A stretch of DNA of 64,000 bases, taken from Thecamonas trahens ATCC 50062. Lineage: Eukaryota > Protista > Apusomonadida. Numbering within the stretch: position 1 is the stretch's first letter; the number at the start of each line of letters is the position of its first letter. The stretch covers positions 458,024 through 522,023 of the forward strand of contig NW_013657677.1 in the NCBI RefSeq assembly GCF_000142905.1, given 5' to 3'. Position numbers and translations under genes: made by a program. Positions 32,187 to 40,686 of this stretch are shown one piece after another. The notes below the pieces were generated by a model. The model did no database searches, was not told the origin of the DNA, and was given only the letters and a program-made list of their open reading frames with translations.

Positions 32187-34499
32187 ATGCAGTACGTGAG
32201 CGGACTCCCTCCGGGGATGCAAGAGGGATACTTTGGCGAGACGGCCGAGGGTATCCGCCACGGACAGGGCACCTATATCTACCCGGGTGGCTTCTTTGCC
32301 TACTCGGGCCAGTGGCGCGACGGGGTCAAGCACGGGCAAGGCACCTTCTACATGGGCGATGGCTCGTCGTACGAGGGTGCCTTTGTCGACGGTGAGATAC
32401 AGGGTCACGGTCTCCGCCGCTATGCTGATGGTGGCACATACTCGGGAGTGTTCCGCATGGGCGAGCGCCACGGCCAGGGTGTCGAGCTCGCTGCCAACGG
32501 CGACCGCTACGAAGGAATGTGGGCCAACAACCAGCGCCACGGCAAGGGCATCCTCGTTCTCGCGGATGGCACACGCTACGAGGGCACCTTTGTCCGTCAT
32601 GCCCGCCACGGCTCAGGCTCACTTCGCGCAGCAAACGGCGACGCCTACACCGGCGGCTGGTACAAGAACCGCCGCCACGGCGAGGGCGACGCCCGCTACG
32701 CAAATGGCGACTCGTACTCGGGCGAGTGGCACAAAGGCAAGCGCCACGGCTCGGGCAGGCTCTATCACGCTGCCTCAGGCTTGGTCTACCTTGGCGAGTG
32801 GGTCAACGATGCCATCGACACCCCGACCGTCCTCCGCCTCGTCCCGCCTCCTCCCGATCAGCTGCCTCACGACTCGCTCCTCGCACCCGCGCGCTCATCG
32901 GCCGAGCTTGTGCATGCTGACAGCGGCGTGAAAGCAGGCACAGCCGCCGCTGTTGGACCAGACAAGCCGCTGCTGAGGGCCGATCCGCGGAGTAGGCAGC
33001 CCGCCGGGCCACGGGCGGCCTCGCGCGCCGGCACCCGCGCCAGTGGCGCGCGGCCCAACCCTGCTCGACGGGCTGCAGCCCGCAGCACCCGCACCCGCGC
33101 GCCTTCTAACCCGTCGCTGCCGTCTGTATTTGGCGCTGATGCCGACGCCAACAAGGGTGGCGACCTCGGCGGGGCACACGGCGAGCCGTCGCTGGCGCAG
33201 GCCGTCTTTGCCGACATGCCTGGCACTGCCGGCGGTGGCGCTGGCGTTGCTGCCCTTGTCAACATTTCTGAGAACGAACGGTTGGCCGCTGTCGCCGAGG
33301 GCAAGCTTCTCCAGCTCGAGGTCGGCGATGTCCTGCCGCGACTGGAAGTGCTTGCCTGCCTCGTGCGTGAGCGCCCGGCGTCGGTGGCGACCGACGGGTC
33401 CGGCGGGACGGGCGAGAGCACAGGCGCTGATCTCGGTGCCTCGGGCTCGGCAGCAGCGGCGGTGGCGTCTCCGGGTCCTGGCTCCCGGCCACGTCCGGGC
33501 TCGGCCGCTGCTGGCCGGAACCGGAGTAGCCGGCCGGGAACCCGGCGGCCAAACCCGCGGCGCACCGGACCTGCTACCGGCGGCAGCGCCAAGGCGAGTG
33601 CAGCAGCCGCTGAGGCTGCCGCCAAGGCCGAGATTGAGGTCGCTCAGCCACCTCCACCGGCCATCGAGTACCTGCCTGTCCGTGTCGAGTCTGGCCGCTT
33701 CCTTCGTCTCGAGATTGTGCGGCGGACGCTCCTTTCCGAGCAGCCGATACCGCCGCCGCTGGCCTCCCAGGTCGAGCGAGCCGAGGCGGCCGCTGCCGCT
33801 GCCGCTGCCGCCGTCACACCGTCCTCGAGCCGCCGCAGACACTCGAAGCGCGAACGGGGCGGCGACAAGGCCGACAAGACCGACCGGTCCGCGCCCGACA
33901 AGACCGAGCGTAGTGCTGACAAGAGCGATGCCGGTGCCGATGTCGACGGCGACCACCCGCGGCTCCCTGGAGGCGTCGCCGACCAGATTGTTCAGCGTCC
34001 AATCCCGCTACTGAGAGCAAGCCTCTCCCGGTCCGAGTATCTCGCTGCCGAGCGCGCCAAGCAGGACGATGCCTCCGCGGCCTTGGCCGCAGCCGAGGGC
34101 TCGGCCACGGCCGCAACTGTGGCGCCGTGCAGCAGCGCTTCTGCAGCAGGCGATGAGAGTACTGCAGTGGCCGAGAACGATGCTGTCAAGGCGGCCGCAG
34201 CATCCGATGCGCACAACGGCCTGCCGCGCTCGGCTATTGCCGGCCTCCCGATGGTCTCGGTGCCGGGCAAGACCGAGGAGGGCTCCGCAGTCTTTGACAG
34301 CATCCAGCTGCCGGCTGATCTGGCGCCTGGCGCCAACTATCGCCTGATGGTTTACGACGAGACCAAGGGAACCGAGCGCCTGGCCGAGATCGATATCGAG
34401 GTCCACATCTACCCTCGCGGGCGGCTGCGGCATGCGCCGGGCGCCGCAAAGCCGGCGCCCAGCCGCGACCAGAAGCGGTCGCGGCGGCGGCGGCGGTGA
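32187..34499 (+). CDS. MORN1: MORN repeat-containing protein 1-like
   Basis: About 8 MORN repeats (YxGxWxxGxxHGxG), with YIYPGGFFAYSGQW and YEGAFVDGEI, plus a downstream ESGR motif as in MORN1. Confidence 0.82.
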   Translation: MQYVSGLPPGMQEGYFGETAEGIRHGQGTYIYPGGFFAYSGQWRDGVKHGQGTFYMGDGSSYEGAFVDGEIQGHGLRRYADGGTYSGVFRMGERHGQGVELAANGDRYEGMWANNQRHGKGILVLADGTRYEGTFVRHARHGSGSLRAANGDAYTGGWYKNRRHGEGDARYANGDSYSGEWHKGKRHGSGRLYHAASGLVYLGEWVNDAIDTPTVLRLVPPPPDQLPHDSLLAPARSSAELVHADSGVKAGTAAAVGPDKPLLRADPRSRQPAGPRAASRAGTRASGARPNPARRAAARSTRTRAPSNPSLPSVFGADADANKGGDLGGAHGEPSLAQAVFADMPGTAGGGAGVAALVNISENERLAAVAEGKLLQLEVGDVLPRLEVLACLVRERPASVATDGSGGTGESTGADLGASGSAAAAVASPGPGSRPRPGSAAAGRNRSSRPGTRRPNPRRTGPATGGSAKASAAAAEAAAKAEIEVAQPPPPAIEYLPVRVESGRFLRLEIVRRTLLSEQPIPPPLASQVERAEAAAAAAAAAVTPSSSRRRHSKRERGGDKADKTDRSAPDKTERSADKSDAGADVDGDHPRLPGGVADQIVQRPIPLLRASLSRSEYLAAERAKQDDASAALAAAEGSATAATVAPCSSASAAGDESTAVAENDAVKAAAASDAHNGLPRSAIAGLPMVSVPGKTEEGSAVFDSIQLPADLAPGANYRLMVYDETKGTERLAEIDIEVHIYPRGRLRHAPGAAKPAPSRDQKRSRRRRR

Positions 34500-34585
34500 T
34501 CCTGCCGCACATTTGCTTTGCATGTCAGCGCTTACGGCGCCGCATCCCACGGCGACTCTTTCAGTGTAACATCCATAGCCCTTCT

Positions 34586-34901
34586 TCACCACTCGCCTGA
34601 CGAGCTATTGCCCTCGGCGCCTGTTGTGGCGCCTGCGCCCGCGGCGCCTGTTGCTCTGATTCGCTCGCGAGTCGAGCCTATCCCCACACCACCACCCGCA
34701 ACCATCACTTGTGTTAGTCTCGTCGCACTCTGCGCGGCTGTGGAGGGACAATGCCAACGTACGGACGGGGGTGGACGGCGCGGCGGGCGAGGCCGCCGCC
34801 GGGTCGACGCCGCGGCTGGCAAGAATGCGCGGGCGGGCAGCGAGGTACTCTTCCTCGTCGCGGCGGGTGAGCTCCATGCGGGTGGGGGCTCTGCGGAGCA
34901 T
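34586..34901 (-). CDS. CDC26: APC/C subunit CDC26 (APC12), 76 aa, intron 34678-34762
   Basis: MLRRAPTRMELTRRDEEEY matches the CDC26 N-terminus (MLRRxPTRxEL). An 85-nt intron GTACGT...ACTAAC...TAG joins in phase to ...RSTRERI...GEW*. Confidence 0.85.
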
Positions 34902-34988
34902 GTGTTTGACTTGTTGTGTATGAAGAGAGGAAAGAGGAGTGGCTGGCGCGGGCGTGGGCGCGGGCGTGGGCGTGTCGAGTGAGGGGCT

Positions 34989-34997
34989 GGCGCCAAA
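34989..34997 (-). promoter_or_regulatory. E2F-like site TTTGGCGCC upstream of CDC26
   Basis: About 90 nt upstream of the CDC26 ATG, within a ~130-bp intergenic region. Confidence 0.35.
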
Positions 34998-35031
34998 TGC
35001 CGAAGCGAGTCGACAGCCGTGTTCTCTGATT

Positions 35032-36477
35032 TCAGCGGCCGTCGCCGTGGCCACCCTGGTCGCCAAACATGGCGGTAATGGCGGCGTTGTGGGGGTTGAC
35101 CGGACCGAGAACATGCGGGATGTTGGTCTCGAGGATGGTCCAGATGGCATCGGCCCAGAGCGTGGAGCCGACCAGCGATGGGTGGACACCGCCGACCTGG
35201 GAGACGAGGTCGGCGACGTTGCCTCCCTTGGCGGCCCAGGATGCAATAATGTCCTCGTCGGGCAGGTCAAAGTAGTACATGTCGAACGAGGCATAGTGCT
35301 TCGTGGCAATGATGTCCTTGTAGACGGCCTCGAGCGCGCGAGCACGGGCCGAAGTAAAGGCACGAAGCGTGGCGTTCGGGTTAAGCCATCCGTAGCACGG
35401 GTTGAGCGTCCGTGCGTCGCCGTGCTTGGCGCCGACAGTCTGGTTGTTGACAAACTCCCAGGCCTCGAGGTAGGTGATGCCGGCAAAGGGATAAGGCTTG
35501 TCCTTCATCGCCTGATAGTAGGCCTCGCCGTGGAGGTAGCCAAAGAAGACGACGTTGGAGTTGGGCGGCAGCATGGCATCGAGCTGATCGAGGATGGAGA
35601 GCATGTTGGTCTTGTATGCCGCCGGCTCGGTCATGTGCGAGGTGCCCGGGTGCGGGTTGCACACGTCGTTGGCGACTTCTGCGAGGAGAACGAGGGCAGG
35701 TGCGTCAGTTTCCTTGTGGCGGGCGGTGGTGTTGACTAGCTCGGCGGCCATCGGTCCCGATCGCATGCCGTTGACCGCAATGTTTTGGTAGTCGCGCAGA
35801 TTGCAACGGTTCCGCTCCACGAGCCGCTTGTAGATCGAGTCGACGTGGCCGAGGATGTACGGCCCGTCACACCGCTTGACGTCATCTTCCCACGCGGTCG
35901 CCCACGAGCACTCAGGCCAGTCGAGCTCGGTATCGAGCATCTTGGGCCACTCGGGTAGATGGGCCGGCCGCAGCGGGACATCAAAGTGGGCGCCGGTCGA
36001 GTCCGAGAGCAGAATCAGGCCCTGTGGCGCAAACTTGTCGCCGCAGAAGAGCTCCTCATACGTTCCGGATGCGTTACGGCCGGATATCCCGTTGCAGTTG
36101 TAGTCTGCGGCGGCATCGGTGCCTCGCGGGACAGATCGTCGTCCAGGGTAGATTTCGGGCGCGTGGTCGTCGCAGTCCTTGCCGCGCCACGCGTAGCCAC
36201 GGAGGCCAAAATCGGTGGAGAACTTGTCGCCGTCATGGTCCGAGGCTGGCAGATGGTCGGCGACCTCGTTGATGGGACACTCAAAGAAGGAGCAAACACT
36301 CACTAGCACATCGCAAATGATCTTGTCTTCACCACTCGCGCCTTTGCACGCCTTGGACGCCCCACGGACCTCCTCGCACTTGGGGCAGAGCGGGAGCCGG
36401 CTAGGCGCGGCCAAGGCCGGGACTAGGACCAGGACGACAGCAGAGGCAACAATGAGCGTGAGAGGGTGGACGTGCAT
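35032..36477 (-). CDS. AOAH: Acyloxyacyl hydrolase (AOAH)-like secreted SGNH lipase
   Basis: Signal peptide, D.D.DKFS...LRG..WRGKDCDD..IYPGR, DYNCNGI, DS.GAHF, ELDWP..SWAT, SIY.RL..RNRCN.RDYQNI.VNG, NDVC, PCYGWLN, FGDQGGH. Confidence 0.9.
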   Translation of the reverse strand: MHVHPLTLIVASAVVLVLVPALAAPSRLPLCPKCEEVRGASKACKGASGEDKIICDVLVSVCSFFECPINEVADHLPASDHDGDKFSTDFGLRGYAWRGKDCDDHAPEIYPGRRSVPRGTDAAADYNCNGISGRNASGTYEELFCGDKFAPQGLILLSDSTGAHFDVPLRPAHLPEWPKMLDTELDWPECSWATAWEDDVKRCDGPYILGHVDSIYKRLVERNRCNLRDYQNIAVNGMRSGPMAAELVNTTARHKETDAPALVLLAEVANDVCNPHPGTSHMTEPAAYKTNMLSILDQLDAMLPPNSNVVFFGYLHGEAYYQAMKDKPYPFAGITYLEAWEFVNNQTVGAKHGDARTLNPCYGWLNPNATLRAFTSARARALEAVYKDIIATKHYASFDMYYFDLPDEDIIASWAAKGGNVADLVSQVGGVHPSLVGSTLWADAIWTILETNIPHVLGPVNPHNAAITAMFGDQGGHGDGR

Positions 36478-36598
36478 GGTGGTGTGGGTCCGTGGACGGT
36501 GGCGAAATGGTGGTGCGACAGGTGACACAGGTGCGCGCGTGCGGCGTGAAAAACAGCCAGCACAGAGGACCGACACACGGCCGAGCGCCATTGAGGAT

Positions 36599-37996
36599 TT
36601 ACGCCAGATCGAGGGCCTGCGGGAGGTGGACATGGCAGAGCTCGGCGGCGCGGTCAGTGGCGTCCGGGTCCGAGACAAGAAGCGCCGACGAGGCACCCGG
36701 AAGGAGGACGATGCCCTCGTACTTTGTGACGTCGCGGGCGATGGAGCCGTCGCGGCTGCGGCGGTAGATGTGGGCAGCACGCGGCGGATGGGAGGATGCA
36801 ACGGCGCCGGTGCGGACGTCGACCTCGACGACGCCCACAGCACAGCCGATGACTGGCCCATCGGCAAGAGGCGAGGGCGTGTCTTCGGCAGCCGCAAGGA
36901 AGACGAGGCGGGCGGCGCAGTGCTGCGTGCCGCGGACCGGCGCAGTACCGTTGACGTGGCGCGGGTCACACCGCGGCGGCGCGGTGTCGAGATCGGTCGG
37001 GGTTAGAGCCACACCGTCGATTTCCGGCAGCGCCAGCGCCGCCAGCGTGGTAATGGCGGGAACAGGGAGCTTGTGCGGCTCCGCGAGGTGGCCAAGCAGC
37101 TGGCCGCACGGAAAGCCGACGAGGGTGCCAGACGCTGGCTGGCTGCCACCGTCGTTGGCGCGATGAATGGCAAAGACGGTGCAGTGGAAGGGCGAGGCCG
37201 GGAGTGCCACGGCGAGGCCTTCGATGTTGAGCTCTGCGGCAGCTGTGGCGGCGCGGGTGGCGGCGTACAGCTTCGAGTACACCGCCGACTCCATGTCTGC
37301 CACAAGATGGGTCTCATTGTCGTCATCGGTGTGGATGTGAAGGAGGAGCGCGACCTCACGCTCGTCGACGAGCGAGCCAGAGCCGACGACCAGGACATGC
37401 ATGTGGCGGGCGTGGTCCGGATGGGACCGCGGCTTGTAGCTCGCCACGTCGACGCTGCGCAGTGAGGTGTCGAGCCCGACAAAGCCTGGCATGAGCAGGC
37501 CCATCGGCAGCGAGGCTGCAGCCTCGAGATCGTGCTTGTCATCCTGGTCGGGTAAGACGTGGAGATCAAGCCACTCGATGTCGACACCGTCAAGCAGAGC
37601 GTCACCGGTAGCCACCCCGGGCCCCGGTGGCGTCCGGTCTTTCCGGCGGATAGCCGCTGCGTCGGCCAGTCGCAGATGCAGCGCTGCGACCGAGTCGTCG
37701 GAGAACACCAGCAGCGAGCCGTCGTCGAGCATGACCATAGCCGAGCCTGCGGTGAGGAAGCGGCCATCCGGCGCAGCCAGCGGGCGACATGACGAAACAA
37801 GTGCATGGATCTCTGGGTCAAACTCGGGTCCGCTCGCTCGTCCATCATCACCCTCGCCATGCCCTTGGGGTATGAGCGGACCGAGAGCCAAGATGGGAGT
37901 GATCGGCGGGCTGACGACCGAGCTGTCCCAGGCGTACATGACCGCCACTGCGAGGAGGGCCACACATGCACTAGCCAGAGCAGGCGATAGCGACAT
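36599..37996 (-). CDS. Secreted or anchored bacterial-type propeller protein (DUF6910/DUF6929-like)
   Basis: N-terminal hydrophobic segment; motifs AGSA..SDD, KHDLEA, GSGS...R, LNIEG, AAEDT....DG...G, KYEG, DPD. The family name is from memory. Confidence 0.6.
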   Translation of the reverse strand: MSLSPALASACVALLAVAVMYAWDSSVVSPPITPILALGPLIPQGHGEGDDGRASGPEFDPEIHALVSSCRPLAAPDGRFLTAGSAMVMLDDGSLLVFSDDSVAALHLRLADAAAIRRKDRTPPGPGVATGDALLDGVDIEWLDLHVLPDQDDKHDLEAAASLPMGLLMPGFVGLDTSLRSVDVASYKPRSHPDHARHMHVLVVGSGSLVDEREVALLLHIHTDDDNETHLVADMESAVYSKLYAATRAATAAAELNIEGLAVALPASPFHCTVFAIHRANDGGSQPASGTLVGFPCGQLLGHLAEPHKLPVPAITTLAALALPEIDGVALTPTDLDTAPPRCDPRHVNGTAPVRGTQHCAARLVFLAAAEDTPSPLADGPVIGCAVGVVEVDVRTGAVASSHPPRAAHIYRRSRDGSIARDVTKYEGIVLLPGASSALLVSDPDATDRAAELCHVHLPQALDLA

Positions 37997-38245
37997 GTTG
38001 TAGAGGGTAGATGATGGAGGTGGAGGATGGGGGATGAGTGAGGTGGCGGGGGCGGCGGCGTGGACGGCGGGGAAATGAGCGGGTGTGGGATACGGCTTGG
38101 CCTGGCTTGGCCTGGCTTGCACTCTGCAAGGCTGAGGGAGGCACGGCAAGCCCTTACATCTCACTTGGCGACTGTTCTTGGCTCGGAGCGGCCTTGTGTC
38201 TGCTACTGTGCTAGCTGTGTCACAACGTCAGCAGGGGACGGCATC

Positions 38246-39322
38246 ATGGACAACATGGACGACAAGAGCCTCCTGAGCGTCGTCGAGGGTGGCGACGTGG
38301 ACGAGATGAAGAAGCTCATCACACTCATCGACACCTCTGACAGCGGCGATGCCTCGGACGGCAGCGATGGTGGCGGGGACGGTGAGGACAGCGATGGTCT
38401 GTGTTCGACACCAGCTGGCCGTGCTGGGCTCACCGAGGGCACCATCGCGCGGTGGATGGCGATGACTACGGACGAGCTCAGCGCCGAGACTACAACCATT
38501 CTGGCTGCTGTTCGTGAGTCGGGGCTCGCTCAGCTGAGAAGCGTTTTTGGGCACTTGCTCCCGCTCATGTTGCGTTGCGTTGATGGATCAGCTCCGGCGG
38601 TCTACCGCGCAGGCTGGGCGTGCCTTGCGTCGGCGCTGCCGCGGATCTCGCCGACGGCGCTGGCATGGCACGCGCCACTGCTGCGCGAAACGCTCGAGCG
38701 CGGCCTGGTAGCCGCTGACAAGATGTCGGGCATGCTGGCTCTGGACGCCGCTGCGGCGCTGGTGGCCGGTCTACCGGCGTCTTCGGACGATGCACTTGAC
38801 TGGGCGCGAACATTGCATTTGCGGATGATGGCGTCGCTGATGCGGACATCCGAGCCTGCGCTCCGCGCCGCGCAGCTGCGGGCTTGGGGCGCAGCGCTCA
38901 CCGCGCTGCCAGCACCCGACGTCGTCGCCACACTCGAGCAGACACTCGCTCTTCTGCAGGGCTGCATCCGTGCCGACCAGCCGGCACCGGCATTGGTGGC
39001 ACTCGACGTCCTCGACAGCATCGTATGGCCGGTGGCCTGGCCGCGCATGACCCGCCACATGGACCGGATCTTTACCACTCTTCTCCACGCGTACGTCAGC
39101 CACGTTGCCGACGGCGACGACAACGGCGAGGCGGCGCACCTTTGCGCTGCGCTGCACGCGTCTTTTGCCCAGAGTCTGGCCCGATTTGACGCCATCGACC
39201 ACGCGGCGACGACGTCGTACACCGCGGACCTGTACGAAATGCTGGTCCGCGATGTCGACGTCGCCACCGAGGCCAGCGCTCTCGTCGACCTCCTCGCCGA
39301 ACTCGCATCACCCGATTCGTGA
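38246..39322 (+). CDS. TTI2: TTI2-like HEAT/ARM protein (TTT complex)
   Basis: LLPLMLRCVD....YRAGWACL, L.WH..LL.E.L, AWPRM..H, all-helical pattern. The 5' end is uncertain. Confidence 0.6.
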   Translation: MDNMDDKSLLSVVEGGDVDEMKKLITLIDTSDSGDASDGSDGGGDGEDSDGLCSTPAGRAGLTEGTIARWMAMTTDELSAETTTILAAVRESGLAQLRSVFGHLLPLMLRCVDGSAPAVYRAGWACLASALPRISPTALAWHAPLLRETLERGLVAADKMSGMLALDAAAALVAGLPASSDDALDWARTLHLRMMASLMRTSEPALRAAQLRAWGAALTALPAPDVVATLEQTLALLQGCIRADQPAPALVALDVLDSIVWPVAWPRMTRHMDRIFTTLLHAYVSHVADGDDNGEAAHLCAALHASFAQSLARFDAIDHAATTSYTADLYEMLVRDVDVATEASALVDLLAELASPDS

Positions 39323-40444
39323 CACCAGATACGCTAGCGCCGACTCGAAGAGCGCGAGGTAAAAGTCGAGTTGTGGCGGAAGGCCTGCGGCGCGGCCAAA
39401 GGCGACCCATGCCTGCAGCGACGCGCAGCTGCGGACGGGCGCACATACCGCAGCCCTAACCAACAGAGGCACCATACCGTCCATGGCCACCACGTCGCAT
39501 CGACCGGCAGCATGAGCGCTGACGCAGCCTTCAATGGCGGCCACTACCTTCCGAACATGTACTGCGAGCTCGATCGGTGTCCGCGGCTTGGCCAGCGCGG
39601 CCGGAGCTAGCAGCGCCTCAGCCGAGCCGAGCTTGACTCCGTGAAGCGCGGGTGGTGCGTCGAGCGCCACAAGCGTCAGCTCGTCCGCCAGCATCGGGAG
39701 CGACTCGTTGAGCGCTGTGTCCTCAGCGGCATACAGCGTTTGCAGTTCTCCCAGCACCAGGTCGTGGATAGTGCCGAGCGTGACCGAGACAAGGGCAAGC
39801 TCGAGCGATGGCAGCAGTGATGGCATGGCGCGGGCAAAGGCTGCGGCGTGGATCGTGACCAGTGTCGCTACTTTGGCACCGGCTGCTAGCTCGCCGCCGC
39901 GGACACGGATGACGGCGCCGTCGCTCATCAGCGCCGCAACGGCGTCCATCATGCCTGCCAGCTGAGTTCGCACTTCTGGCGCAGACACCATCGCCATGCT
40001 CTCTTCCAGATCCGGTGGATCACGGACAGTGGCCGGAGTGGCAGCGCAGTCATCATCGATCGGTTCGGCATTATCCAGCGCTCGTGCCACCGCTAGCAGC
40101 GTCACTTCTTCTCCGCTCTCCAGATACAGCAGCTCCTCAGCGAGAACGGCGACCGCAGCGCCGGTATTGCGACAGACCAGGGCGCCGCGCTCCGGGCTCC
40201 ACACCCAGACCCGCGCCTTGCGCGCATCCCCATGTGCATCCACAAGCTCGACGCTCGCCGAGCCCTCCCCCGATGCTCTCGTCAGCACATGTGCCTGCAT
40301 CCGCTTCACATCCAGCGCCTCGTGCGGCAGCGCGACGACCGCATCGGCCAACGCCTTTGCCCCTGCGCGGCGGACGAGAACAGCCAGCTCGTCCCGTGCA
40401 GCCAGCGAGTCGTCAGCCCAGGCGTGGTCACCCACCGCTGCCAT
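39308..40444 (-). CDS. VPS9-domain protein, VARP/ANKRD27 N-terminal-like, without ankyrin repeats
   Basis: VAVLAEELLY.E.GE.VTLL.VA..L (VARP N-term), EDTALN, RTPIE, AMDGMVPLLV..., FYLALFESALAYL (VPS9 C-terminal helix). Confidence 0.7.
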   Translation of the reverse strand: MAAVGDHAWADDSLAARDELAVLVRRAGAKALADAVVALPHEALDVKRMQAHVLTRASGEGSASVELVDAHGDARKARVWVWSPERGALVCRNTGAAVAVLAEELLYLESGEEVTLLAVARALDNAEPIDDDCAATPATVRDPPDLEESMAMVSAPEVRTQLAGMMDAVAALMSDGAVIRVRGGELAAGAKVATLVTIHAAAFARAMPSLLPSLELALVSVTLGTIHDLVLGELQTLYAAEDTALNESLPMLADELTLVALDAPPALHGVKLGSAEALLAPAALAKPRTPIELAVHVRKVVAAIEGCVSAHAAGRCDVVAMDGMVPLLVRAAVCAPVRSCASLQAWVAFGRAAGLPPQLDFYLALFESALAYLVSRIG

Positions 40445-40464
40445 ACCAAGCCCAAGGGAGAAAG

Positions 40465-40466
<2 letters not shown>

Positions 40467-40495
<29 letters not shown>
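40467..40495. repeat. (GA)n microsatellite
   Basis: Directly visible in the sequence. Confidence 0.9.
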
Positions 40496-40497
<2 letters not shown>

Positions 40498-40686
40498 GGT
40501 GAGGTACGTGACGAGTTGCGTAGTCTGTGTCTGCGTCGGTCCCCGGCACCAGCTGACCGTGACTCCCACCCGCATCCGCTGCGAGCTCCGCATTGCTCAA
40601 CAGCGGCTACACATCACTATACGCCACTCATCGACTCGGTATCCCGCCACACACACACACGCGCAGCAAGAAGCACCGTCACACGT

